The notes beneath the pieces are model-generated. The model saw only the letters and a list, made by a program, of their open reading frames with translations, did not search any database and was not told the origin of the DNA. Below are positions 11,084 through 23,440 of a stretch of DNA of 64,000 nt, one piece after another. Each line of letters begins with the position of its first letter. Within the stretch, counting starts at the first letter, position 1. The position numbers were made by a program, and so were the translations under genes. Source of the stretch: Takakia lepidozioides (taxonomy: Eukaryota > Plantae > Bryophyta); contig CM060733.1 in the NCBI GenBank assembly GCA_030704615.1, forward strand, positions 23,250,001 to 23,314,000, written 5' to 3'.

Positions 11084-11909
11084 CTGATCACCAGCCTGCC
11101 CACTCACCTCAGTCCCATAACTAGCATTCAAGCAACATCCAAAATTGCTACAAATGACTGCAAATTTCACATCTGAGACAAAGTCCAACCCCTGTAACCC
11201 TTTATCTCTGGAATCAAATCTATTCACAGATGTATACCAAAAGGTCATCTTTTCTTCTTGGAGGAATGGTTCTGGAATCAAACCATGCAAGCTTCAGAAC
11301 ATGACAAGGTAAATTAGACAACTTGTCTAAACGGTTTTTTTTACTGAATAAAGGCCCTTCACTTTAACCACTTCCCTCACTACAGAATGAGGGACTAAAG
11401 GGTCTTTCAGATCCCGATCAACTAGTAAATCTCAGGGCACTAATACACAGATGGATTCCTATAACACATATGGTTATATCCAAATTGCATCACTATCACC
11501 ACGTTTGATAAAACAATGGTCACAAAAATAATGGCCAAGAAGGTTGAAACATGGAAACAGAGCAACCTTCAACTTTGAATGTCAGTCTCACAATTTGCAT
11601 TTATTGTTTCCAGTGAACACTGGTTATAGGGAGGTTATGGCAGATAGACAACAATTACAATCTAGTCAATGTAAGATTAGGTTTGAAACTTGGGTTTAGC
11701 TTCAATCAGAGGTGGGACTTTCGCAACCAGACACAACCTAACATACCCTTTGTGCTCATGGAAAATCAATCATGGAGACTCACTGTGCGGGTCTGAAACA
11801 AGGAAGTAAGGTGTAATGTAAGCTGCACTTTTCTTCTTTCCCACCCAATCACGAGTGAAAGCTTCCGATTCCGTCTGCAAGAAACTCCTCCCCATTTGTT
11901 GTCTTTTCG

Positions 11910-12010
11910 AATCATAGGTAATCTGGAGCTTGAAATCCGGCCCTTTTGGATGAATCTAGACCCACACTCGATCCCTGCTCCTTCAGCTATCCATGCCTGT
12001 GCTTGCAAGG
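11910..12010 (-). pseudogene. PPR leader 5' fragment
   Basis: AWIAEGAGIECGSRFIQKGRISS matches the leader of copy 3. Confidence 0.8.
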
Positions 12011-12130
12011 TGAACGATGGCGGAAAACGCAGAGCTCCCTGTTAGTTCAAGAAGATCAAGATCCGGGCATTGCGGGCGGTTCCAAAAACGTTGGCGCGGC
12101 GATTTCTATTGGCCTATTTCGCGCGGGCCG

Positions 12131-12296
12131 TCCGGGCAGATTCCAAAGAAATTGACGACGACGATGACCTGACTACGATGATGTGGCGACGATGACATGG
12201 CACTATGGCACCCTATTCCTGCTCTACGCTAAACTAGCTTCCGACCTTCTGTCGTCGCTAGAATATCCGATGATATAGTACATTCAACGAAGTACA
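12131..12296. repeat. Second copy of the conserved upstream block
   Basis: See 4108-4270. CTAG at 12234-12237 next to the same hairpin. Confidence 0.85.
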
Positions 12297-12298
12297 AC

Positions 12299-12780
12299 AT
12301 TTTTTTTTAAATTTTTAATAAAAGGGGATGAAGCCCCGTTATTTTATTTGAATGAGGGGAAAAATAAAACCCTCAGGGCCATAAAGCAAACACACCATGC
12401 AAACACACCATGCGGTGAGGGACCACCAACCCAGAGACACAGACGAAGAGGAGTACCATCCCCCAGGATGAAAGTAGCAGCAGATCAAGGACTGACTCCT
12501 ATGGAAAAGCTAAAAGTATGAAGCTAGAGCCACCGAGCTGTGAGCTCTTGCAGGTTATTGTGGAAGCAATTGAGAGCATGGAGGGTAATGTGTGCAGGCT
12601 GAAATGTTGAGAATCTTGAGAATTGTGATGTAAGGGCTACATGGCCTTACCTCAAGCAGGCCGACTGCGTAACCACAACTTCTGCGAGGAGATGCTGGCT
12701 GCTGTCCGCCTGTAGTAGGAACACGCCGCAACAGGCTCTGGCACTTGAAATTTTGTCAGGTTATCCTCCTCAATATTGGC
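12299..12780 (-). mobile_element. Decayed poly(A)-tailed LINE 3' end
   Basis: T-run at ~12300. The segment TGAGGGGAAAAATAAA.CCCT...GGGC.ATAA.GCAAACACACC is shared with ~28280-28326. Confidence 0.55.
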
Positions 12781-12833
12781 ATAGTAAGCCACAAAAGCTC
12801 TTTGTCATCTCAGTACAGATCTCACCTTGGTAT

Positions 12834-13424
12834 ATTGTCAACAAGATGGAGGCATATGAGAATTGCCTCCCACCTATTTCTACTCATGATGCGGATAATA
12901 GAGGGACATATGAAGAATTCATGGTTGGCCTTCGAATAAGGGCGGGGTGTCGGGTAGCTTCCCGATACCCATCAGAATGTGGACTGCCAACCAGGCCCTC
13001 AATTCTTCGATAGTGACAGCATATCAGGACTGACCCCCCCTCAAATAAATGTTGGTCATGATGACCACCTTTCGCATAAGGAGAACAGACCAAAACAAAG
13101 CAAAGAAGTCATAAGGTGAAGCATCATCACCCAATTCCACATCGTGACTAGGGTCTGCTCCAGTCCACATTATCTCAGGGATAGTCTTCGCATTAGAGTT
13201 CCACATATCAGAAAGGTCATGGGCAGGCCAGTTCTCCCATCTAGGAGGCAAATCATATAATCCCAGCTCTGGCTGGGATTCACAGTGTCGTCACAAAAAT
13301 CCCAGAGGTCCGGATCAACATCATGACCACCCTCTACACTGACCTCCTTACCTGGATCGTAATCATCATCATCATCGGACTCTCCATCCAATGAATCATG
13401 ACCAAATTCGGGAATATCATCCAT
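12834..13424 (-). mobile_element. piggyBac (DDE_Tnp_1_7) transposase N-terminal remnant
   Basis: Acidic N-terminus, then SPYDFFALFW..LMRKVVIMTNIY, *YAVTIEELRAWLAVHILMGIGKLP and IMSRNRWEAILICLHLVDN, which are hallmark piggyBac blocks. Stop and frameshifts present; the catalytic DDD region is missing. Confidence 0.85.
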
Positions 13425-14512
13425 GTATGCAACCCTCTTCAACCCAGCAAGGAAATTGAGAATCCAAATCAAATAAACTACAGAGAAGGGAAGATACACC
13501 AATTCCACCAAAAAAAGGATACAAGAAAAACCCTCTGAAAAAACATTCTGAAAGACCTCACTTGAATGTATTCCATTCTTGACACAACATTATTATTGTG
13601 GGAGTCCAATTCCCTTGTGCTTGAGGTGAAATTGACAGTGTCTTGTTCCATAATCTAGCTCCATGGTCAGAGCAGTCCACCATTCCCAAATATTGTCATG
13701 AGTAATTAGACTTTCCTCAGCCATCCAATTTTCGGTGGAGACAAGCTGCTGAGGTGTTGGGCTAAGTCGAGCGGAGAGGGGAAGGCAATCCACAGGGTTT
13801 CTCTGGGGAGGTGAATGACGTGCTGAGAGTTGCTGTCTGGCCAGACTTCGAATCGCATTCTACCAGCCACGATGAGGCTGAGAGCTCTGGCAAGACAACT
13901 AGTAAGAATTTCATACCACCTGCTTTTCATTCTGTTGAGAGGAACGATGAAGAACCTCCCAACTATGTCATTTGCAGCTCTGAAAGAGCCGGTAGAGATA
14001 TTGCTGGTCATGGTCAAAGTGAAGAGGCGTTGGGTCCTCTGGGCCAAAACGTCAAGCTGATCTGCACTTGGAAGACATGGCATCCTCATCTACCACCAGA
14101 TAATGGGTTTATGGCACAATCCTGGAAGTAACTTTTGACGTTGTGGGGGCATGAGCAGGTGTCTATGGAAAGAGAAATGGGTTTTGCTTAAATGGAAGCT
14201 TTGATCCAAGACAGTTCGATCCAGCCAAATCCCACCACCTACTACCGACATGCGAAAATACACTAGATACACCTATTTCAGTTTGCAGGTGTGGGTAGAG
14301 AGACACAAACATACAGCATGTGTTCTTCTCCAGTACCAAACTCATACAATGGATGTATAAAGGTGGTAAAAGACAATCAGGAAGAGGAATTGGTGCGATA
14401 TTCTTTGGTTAGTGAACTCAATGGAAACCAAGATATTTCTTGTGACTCCCTTCCTATCTTAATCACTATTACTTGCAAAAAAGTACAATCACTTGTTGGA
14501 TTATTTGTAACA

Positions 14513-17284
14513 TCAGGGAGTAGCCATGGATTCTTCAATTGTTTTCACCAAGGATCCCAAGCCTACTCCTTGTTCCAATGCCTGAACCAGACTCTCATGC
14601 ACCTCTTTATGCTCTTTAAGCAGACTGAAGGCCTGGAGCACTGCCCACCGTGCTTGATTTGACATCTGCCCGAAGCAGACCAAGTCAGTAGATGGAAGAG
14701 CTTCTCGATGACCTGGTATGGCAACTGTATCATGAACATCTTTGTGCCAATACCACAGATCAGCAACAACTGACAAATGGGCAGTTACTTCTACAGAGTC
14801 CTAATTGTAAAGGGTAAGAGAGAAAGAAGAACATAATGACATGCATGGGGAGAAGGGTGAGAGAGGAAGGACATGGGTTCTACCAACCTTGCCAGGACCC
14901 CAAGGTGGGCGCAGCTGAGAGACGACCCCTCTGTACAGATTTTCATCGTTTTCACCCCCTTCAGCTTCTCCATAAAAAAGTCCTTCCGCCGTAATTCCGG
15001 CAAACAAAACTATACAGTACCTGCATTCAGACAAGGTGTTCACACACAGAATTCCCTTCTGAAACGGCAAAAAGGCACACCAGCTTGTCCTGTAGAATAC
15101 CATACTATCAATTTCATAAAACAGACCTGTCAAAGGAAGCCCCTGTCAAGCGATCTTGCCTTAGCTCCTCGTCCAAAGTTTCATCCCAAAACTGGGTGCC
15201 AGCCTGACCATAGTGCCACAAGACAATGCAAATGAGGAATTTTGAGTCCTGCATTGAAGAGAGATAATCCGCACTGTACATAGGATAATGATGAATTTCA
15301 ATTCGACATCTCATGGGGGGGAGGGAGAGAGAGGGGGAAATTGCTATTGTAGGATCCGATCAAACCTGACCCTGAATGCCCATTTTGATGGCGCTAATGG
15401 CATCCAGCACAACTCCTCTGACTGGGCACCCCACCAGATATGCTGCACACAAAGCAAGTGTAAGTCCTCTCTCTCTCTTGCTCTCTCTCTCATCCACATC
15501 ATTGTGTTCCGCTCAAACTGGGCGCGGGGTCAATGGCCACAAGGCTATGGCAAACAACGTCTTATGGGTACATTTTCTCTCATCCACATCATCCCCAGTT
15601 CTGCCCAACTATGGCTACAAGGCTACGGCAAACAACGTCTCATTAGTACATTCTCTCTTGTATGCATCATAATCACAGCCACCCATCATGTCTAAGCTAA
15701 TAGGGCTACAATCTACCCTTTGTCTTTAGTGCAATTGACAGTGCAACTAAAGCAGTCACCTCTGTGCTTACTTATACAATAGCATTGCTGGCACCCATGC
15801 CCTCAATCCCTTGTAACTGGATTCCTCTTTATGTTGCACTTTGATGCTCTGCTCTTCAACTTTCCTTCAAATAAGTCCTACAAGCTCACTTACCAACAAG
15901 AACATGGCCAGCTTCATGGATGAGAATTCGCCGTCTATAGGGTGGCCAAAGGCTTAACAACTCTGCTTGACCACTCCCTCCCAAGTAGATTGCGTCCAGT
16001 AGACCCAGCCCCAGAATTAAGGCAAGAAGTGGCCTTATATCTACATTGTTGTTCACCAAAAACGAGAACAGTGCAATCCCCACCACCAATGCAATGCCCG
16101 AGTCTCCTGACAGACCCCATTTTTTGGGGGAGAGATTGGATGCTGCAACCACATCCCTGTGTATGTTTAAAACTTCCAAGCTGAGCATAAAAGCAAACAC
16201 AAATCGCACTGCCACTATGACCAATCTTCAAGAACAATCATGTTCAACAACCAATAGCAACCCGTAAAGGGCACAGAACCCTCTGATGAATCTAGCTACT
16301 TTTTAAACCCTGCAGCCAAAGGCATGTGTTTGTCCTGGAGCCATATATGCATCAGTACAATTCCCTAATTGAACTTTCCCTCGGCAACAGGATTGCTATG
16401 CCTGATTTGATCTGACACATGTTGAAAGAAGGGATGACATGCTGGTTCCGTTTCATTCAATTGCATAAAGAGAACTTGATAGCTTATCATCTGAGCATTG
16501 TGAGGTCAAGAAAATCTGGTTTACCTTCCAGCCCTGCTGAAGCCAACATGTCCGCTGGTGTAACCACTCTCCCCCCTTCGGAAGCCGCAAACACTACACC
16601 CAACTGCAACTCCTTAATCCCAGCATTGATCAAATGAACCAAAACCACGAAAACGTCAGACTGACTGTGACGGTTCATGCTTACCACGAGCCTTGTACTT
16701 GCCAAAACTTGGAAGCAATCCCCTCAATTGAAGCCAATTATACGCCTTTCCCACCAATTGCAAATCTAGTGCACTTTGGCATGCATCCAGCACCTTCAAA
16801 CAATCCCCCTCACTAACGGAGACAAATCCAGATGTGCTCGTTACACTCAAAACCTCCGGCAACACCTCTGCCCTCAAGGATCCATTGTCTTCTACAGAAT
16901 CTGGCAGCGTTGCACTGTCGGACTCAGATGTGTTAAGCACCTGTAAGGCCTCAAGCGCCCTTCCCAGATCTCTGCTTTCCAGAGCGTCTTCATATTCTTG
17001 CCATTCTCTTTGTTTTGTCTTTGCTCGCACAACAATACTTGAAGTTCTTGATCGGATGCATTCTCCCAACACACCAAAAGATTGTAATTCCCGTTTCTTG
17101 AAACTCTCATACTATGTCGGGGCCGGAGTGATCTAGCAAAGAGAATGTATGGAAATGGTCGGTTACACACCATGGAAGACGAAGAAGACTCAAGGAATTG
17201 AATCCTTTCATGCCCCCAAGCTGCATGTTTTCGGCCGCCATACGATACTGGCACGTTCATCTGTGACATGCGTAGAGCTCCCAT
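14513..17284 (-). CDS. VIR3: VIRESCENT3-like plastid M41-type zinc metalloprotease without AAA domain (At1g56180 family)
   Basis: Exons ~17284-16685 (frame break near 17040-17170), ~16590-16525, 16142-15894, 15442-15366, 15203-15127, 15020-14888, 14665-14513. Motifs REWQEYEDA, LSPKKWGLSG, HEAGH, GCPVRGV, GQAGTQFWD, GEAEGGENDENL, MSNQARWAVLQ. Confidence 0.9.
15503..15658 (+). mobile_element. Two very short 3' ends of RTEX-like family A in a VIR3 intron; the first has a 17-bp TSD
   Basis: Insert 15503-15575 is flanked by TCTCTCATCCACATCAT at 15486-15502 and 15576-15592. Second copy at ~15612-15658. Confidence 0.88.
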
Positions 17285-17829
17285 TTGAACCAATCGCCCA
17301 CTAAAATGACGAGACGCCTTGTTTTTGCAGGTTTATTGTCATGTGGAAGTTGAGTAATGATGCAGAGTGAATGAGATCCAACGTCGTTCAAGACATGCTC
17401 AAAGATGCCTTCTGAAGAAACTTCGAAATTTTCTAAGCTTAGGTTATTTTGCTCTTTTCTTCTGCACCATGGTTCGATTTCCCTGGAGGAGGGCATTCGC
17501 AAGCTCGATACAAATCTCAGCTCAATAGCCTGGCTGTTAGCCTGGTGGACGATGTGAGGTTTTCCCGAATTTCTGACAAGGCGAGGTAAGAGCATTTCTC
17601 GACTTCCACATGACAATAAAGCTATGTTTGTTGTGCAGCTTTGGAAGTATGCTTACTGCCTGATAACTTCCGTCAAGTACTTCTCTAAAAACTTCTGGCC
17701 GTGCTTCTGACATGGCCTTAGACACTTCGGCCTTGAAGACAGCTTCATCTAGGGAGCAGTTCAGTGCATCCTGCCTAATATTCAGGTACTTCAAAATCTC
17801 CTCTACCTTTTTCCTGCCCGCCCAATATG

Positions 17830-18390
17830 AACCAGATGTGGTGTCGTGGAACGCGATGATCGCAGGATATTAGCAGCAGGGGCGCTTTTTGAGACCTATG
17901 AGCAAATGATGCGGGAAGGGGTGAAGCCTCACCACATCACGTTTGTTTGCGTTTGCAATGCATGTACGAGCCTGGCAGCCCTGGGAAAAGGCAAAGAGGT
18001 CCATGGTGACATCGTCAAAGCTGGAATTGTACCAGATGCCATTCTGAACACTGCCCTGGTGGAGATGTATGCCAAATGTGGGAGCGTTGAAGGTGCAAAG
18101 GGTGTGTTTGACAATACGGCTGAACCTGGAACGGGATGATCGCAGGATATGCCCAGCATGGTTGTCATAGGGAGGCCCTGCAACTATTTGAAGGAATGCA
18201 AAAGGAAGGCTTGAAGGCAGGGATAGCTGAAGGAGCAGGGATAGAGTGTGGGTCTAGATTCATCCAAGAGGACTGGATTTCAAGCACAAGATTAGCTTAT
18301 GATTCCCTGTGGATCGATAGCTACAAAAAACCTGCATGGGTAGATGGTCAACTGGAAGCAGCAGCAGCCGCTCACAATCGATAAAATTGT
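17830..18390 (+). pseudogene. Inverted PPR fragment: P-L-S-P motifs fused upstream of a PPR leader segment
   Basis: DVVSWNAMIAGY ... TALVEMYAKCGS ... MIAGYAQHGCHREALQLFEGMQKEGLK joined to AGIAEGAGIECGSRFIQE. Confidence 0.88.
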
Positions 18391-19037
18391 GCACTTAAAA
18401 TGTGGGACCTTCTTCAACATATTTCAGCCTGTTTTGCTCTCCTTAGCAGCGATGATCTTATCAGAGTCGTTGCTAATTTTTCATGTTGAAGTCTGCAAGT
18501 TGGCTCCTTGGTGGTGGTTTGGACTCTGGAGCGATTTTGACATGTTACTGCCAGTGTGGCAACAGGAAAGTATCCAAAAGCAGATAACAGAGACGTGGAG
18601 AAGCTTTGGAAGGAATATTTTTCAGATCCAGGCAATTGTTGGACAATCAAGGCAGAAAGGTGAATGCCTGTTAATTTACAGCGAGAAGCAGACACAAGAG
18701 GCATTGCCGAGCAATGTTGCAATTGTCATCCTCTCTGTCTCCCCCAACACATTTGGGTAACTTCTGTCTTGGTCCAACCGCTGACACCCACATGAGAGAG
18801 ACGAGAAGGCAAGATTCATGCAAGGAGCTTCAAAATCCTTGACAGGAGTCTAGAGCTCAAGTGAATAGAAACTAGTAAAATTTTAGCTTCTTCAGGAGTG
18901 CTAACACTCCAGGTTCCATTACATTGTGTAGCTCTATGTGCTAAAGTTCGTATAGGTATGTGTCCCTTCAGTGTCTTTCTCATTTAGATTAAGTTCCGCT
19001 TCTGATTTCTACAAAACTGTCTGGCCTGCCATTGTAC

Positions 19038-19119
19038 CTGGAGTAGATGAGCACCAGGCCCAGCATCAGATGTCGAGACAACCTCAGAGCTCTGGGTACT
19101 TCAGGGTTCAAATTGGAAT
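19038..19119 (-). pseudogene. Isolated exon of a RAD21/REC8 kleisin (N-terminal domain)
   Basis: cag|DSNLNPEVPRALRLSRHLMLGLVLIYSR|gt versus the RAD21/SYN consensus DSILFPEVPIALRLSSHLLLGVVRIYSR. No recognisable first exon. Confidence 0.78.
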
Positions 19120-19837
19120 CTGCAGCCATGAAATATGAATGTTGAATGCAAGCTCTCATCGGATGTCGCACCACTTTTGCCAACCACATCTCATGCTCAA
19201 AATGATGTATATATGAGCTATCCATGGATATATCTAAAATAGCTTCACACCACTCAGATTGCTGTTCAGGCCAATACATTGTTTTACAACAGGTTTTGGA
19301 CTACTAGTGTGCCATCCCCCATAGGCTCCTGTGTTGTGGAATATTCCCAGAAAAGAAAAGCGAATTTTTTTGATGACGATAATAACTGCAACCCTTTTGA
19401 CATGATTTGTTTCCTTTCTATTGCTTACAAATGTGTACACATTGTCTTTTTGAAGTACAAGCTCTACATGCATCACTATGTTCAACTCCAGATAATTGAT
19501 GTGGCTTCGTATTGATGAATTCAAGGTTGATACAGCATTGAACTTCACGCAGGAGTAAAATGCCACCTGCCTCCTGCAAGCATCCCACATTCTAAAATCA
19601 GCCTCCATACACTACAGGGCTACCCACATGCAAAAATTATGGCAGCAATCTTTAACGGTTTCCAGCTATGTAATGTAGTTCAGTACCCATTCACACAAAC
19701 ATGCTTTGTACTGCTTAGTGAGTTACGTGGATTCCTACTTTGCCAAGAAAACAGTTGTCAACAAATCCAGCCTACATTGAGAAGAAAGATCGCTTGCCTT
19801 CTGAGCTGTTACTTGCCTTCCGAATTTGTCCCTCTCA

Positions 19838-22026
19838 TCAGGCACCCAGACTCCCACCCTGGTGAGGTAGATCCTGCAACTCAGTAATTTCACATATATG
19901 AGCTATAAAATGGATGAACCAATTCCACTAGATGTGACTGGAGGAAGCATACGCTATTATTGCTGTTAAAAAGCCCATGCACTGATATAATCAACCATCT
20001 TCCCTCTACCTTAAAAAATCATTACAAAAACTGCAGAGTTCCTCATAACACCGTGAGACAACAAATCACACCTCAAGAGATTGTAGTGCACGTGCCTCCC
20101 ACGTTGCTTTGACAGGCAATGCGTTCTCCAGTGGCTTTTGGGAAAAGATTGGCAGCGAGCCGGATCGGGCTAATGGCATGGCATTCGATAACCAGGATTC
20201 ACTCGGGGATCTAGGAAGCAGAGGAGGTAGCATGGGTGAGTTCTTATCTCTCCACTTCCCTTGCCCTGCTGCTGTCGTGGGGGGCTCAATTGGTGAGCTG
20301 GAGTTGATAGAGGGAGCCTTCAAGGCTGACTTCCCTGCCACGAAAGGCCAGCCCTTTTGAGACACTTCTTCAATGTTCTGATCTGCCACACCCCCTGAGC
20401 GCAATGCTTCATCCTGCATTCTATCTGTGGGCCCTGGAAAAGGTCGTCGTCCATGGTTGACCAAGTGAGCTTCTGCTTCTTGCCTGTCTCTGACTCCTGG
20501 ATGGTGAGGATCCCCATAATTGGACTTGCTAAGCATATTGGCAAGCCGGGCACCCAGTCTATCCATTTGTTTCACCTCACCTTCAGCTTTTGATGAGTGT
20601 TTGAGCCGAGAGGTTCTAGGAAGACCTAAGAAGCCCTTACTTTCGACTTGTTTGCGAGACCCAATAGCTCTGAACACAGAACCTCCAAAACTATCCCCCT
20701 CTGCCATGTGCATTGCATCTTGTAATCCACCCGCAGGTGCATCACCCTTCAGATCTCTTCTCATGTGTGCAGATCGGCCATCTTCATGGTTTTTATTCTC
20801 CCCATCCGCAAAGGCTTCCTGGGACATTAGCAGACCCAGAGTGAAACGGTTTCCACATACAGTAAGTTGGTTCAAAAACAATACTGAAGTCATTCTGTAA
20901 TCCAATATCACTCCATGTATGAAGCACATGTCTGCGGTTGATTGTTTAGTAGTACAATTCAGCGAGAAACTCACGAGCATTATCCTTGTATCAGTAGGAC
21001 CAAGTCTGTCGGTCATGACACGCTACCATTGCTCAAGTAGCCACACAAAACCCCTGCCAAACACTTTCTTTTTTAAGAATATCAACAAATCTAATTCTAG
21101 ACGCCATCTCACACAAGACTAAGTGCAAGGCTAACCTCATCAGACCAGGATTCCTCTGAATTAGAGCTTTCCTCATCATCAGTTTTTCTCCAGGACAGAG
21201 ACTGAGGGGATTGGCTTTTACTGCTGGATCTTGTGGTCTGGAAGCTGGACCTCAAGTGGCGAGTATGGCCACCCAACCTCGAAGGAAGGCCACCTGCCTG
21301 CAGAGACACATCCCCTGCTTCCTCATCTTGAATTGCCCCCTCTCTCACATTTGCAAATCGTCGGTCAGAAGAATTGGCTGATTCTGTAGCCATGGCCTGC
21401 GCAGCAGGCAAGAAGCGCCGCATAATGAAGTCCCGTGCATGGGGGTCAGTGTGGCTCACTAACTGATCTTCGTAGTCAGTCCCACTACATTCGCTCACAC
21501 GACAGTCACTTAAAAATGCATCTGTCTGCACCAAAGTTTCACCAGTCTCAGAGAGGGTGTCCCCTCCCTCTGGTTGGCTCTCCGATGTCCCGGTAGCATG
21601 GGCCCTCATTTGGAGGATCCGACCAGTGGATGGCGCTGAAACAAGTTCCCTTGTGAGAGGTCGGGAGTTGTCTGAGTGGTTGCTCCCACCATCAGATGAA
21701 CGACGATGAGGCCTGTTTTCAGCAGTGCTTGATGGGTTGCCATGAGGCTCAGGAAGGAGCCCAGCTCTCTCATTCAGGGGAGCCACTCTACCAGGTGGTA
21801 GCCTGAGAGTAGCTGTGCACTCCTCGTTGTTTCTGGGTGGTCCGTTTCTATGCTCCTTTTGGAAGGGTACTGCTCCAGGGTTCCTGGGAAATTGTTCACC
21901 TGCTTGACGCCTGTAGCTTGTACTTGGTTCGTAGGTCGAACTCTCCTTCTCTTTCTTACTTCCTTGAAGCGCATGGCGACGCACGGACATGAGGGGAGCA
22001 TTGAAGTCCAGCTGCCCTCCCGGCAT
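19838..22026 (-). CDS. DUF688 family protein
   Basis: LDFNAPLMSVRR, RNPGAVPF, DPHARDFIMRRFLPAAQAMATES, PPLLPRSPSESWL. Exons 22026-21136 and 20818-~20072; it either has a possible last exon 19873-19838 or stops at 20066. Confidence 0.85.
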
Positions 22027-22740
22027 TGTTCGTCAAGCCTGCATCAGCCTGGACTCCCCCGCAACATGACGCCTCCGAAGAAAACTTCAGTAAACCGCTT
22101 GCAGACTAGTTGCTCACCAATTTTAATACTACCCACTCCATAAAGTCAGGTCTAACACCAAGCATGGGCAGAATTTGGACAGGGAGCACACATGTTTCGT
22201 AACCCTCGGATTCTTTTCCAGGGCATAATGTGGCTGATAGTTAACAAATTCGCAGCGCTCCACCCTCATACTATAGCTGCAAAACAGCTATGTGCGTAAC
22301 TAGCTGTCACAGTGGCGTGAGGTCATCTTTGCATCTTTCTGTGCACGGCTCCTGAAAATTTAAAGCTTCCTTAAACTGCGCAGATGTGTTCCGCATACAC
22401 ACAGGGCATTCACAGCAGAAGCGGTGAAAATGAAAAGGCTGACAACATCTACCAGCGACACTGCCTCAGTGTACTCACATTGGCATGAAACTTTACTTTG
22501 GATCACTAGCTGAAACCCACCTGGATGAATAGCTCCTACAGCCTCCTAGCTCCGCGCAAGCTGTCCCAACAGCCGAGACAACCCCCGGAGACGCTGCCGT
22601 CGAGATCAAAGCAGAACGTTTTCTACTCAGGAAATGCACTCCTCTTTCCGCATGACTTTTCCTCTTTCCATAAGCCCCCCCGCATTGCCTTGTGTCCCCA
22701 GCTGCAATTGCTAAGCAGCAGTGCGAACTGATCACCACAA

Positions 22741-22751
22741 GAGAGAGAGAC

Positions 22752-22787
<36 letters not shown>
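22741..22787. repeat. (GA)n microsatellite in the probable 5' leader of the DUF688 gene
   Basis: Direct reading. A TATA-like TATTTAT lies on the minus strand near 22886. Confidence 0.9.
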
Positions 22788-22790
<3 letters not shown>

Positions 22791-23440
22791 CAGAGAACGC
22801 CGCGTGCGACTTCCAACCCTAACACGCTTGTAGTGATGCAACCACCTAAACCGACAGTATTCATCCCGTGCGCCTCTATTCATCCATAAATATGGCAGCT
22901 TTGCACGGCTGAAAAAAGGGACAAGTTGACTTTAGTCCTGACAAGACAGAGTACATTCATTCATTACCCTGCAGGGCCCTGGCACATCCATCCGCAAGGT
23001 CATCATTCTTCCAACAAGATTAGTAAGATGGAATTATTACCTTAATAAAGGGTAATTAAAGGAGGCGGGGCCCGGGCTCCAGAAAGCAGGCCGGGCCGGG
23101 CCGGGCGCCGATATGGGCCCACGCGGAGGAGCAACGGCGCGCGCCTATTTATGGCCTCGATTTATGGCGCGTGGTTATTTTTAGAGATGGAATCTCTGCC
23201 GTTGGATGCAGCAACGGTAAAGAATGAAGATCTAGGGCTTTGGATGTGAACATACGCGGATGTACGAGAACATTCAGAGTCCATCCTGTAGAATGACACC
23301 AATAAACCCTGCTATCGATACATCCTTGGTCGGATTCCGTGGGCCCTTTCGGTTCTTGTCCGTCCCATAATACAAACATTCGCAAACATTCTCCCGTAAC
23401 GAAAAAACTCAGATTTGATGTCTGGAATTCGAGAATAAAT

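Noticed and set aside
11363-11380. TTAACCACTT as a piggyBac terminus
   Set aside because: No matching inverted partner was found, and PPR-related sequence lies between it and the transposase.
13590-14270. Very decayed L1-type RT C-terminus (RRWVLWAKTSS*SALGRHGIL)
   Set aside because: Only one weak motif among many stops; it cannot be supported without a search.
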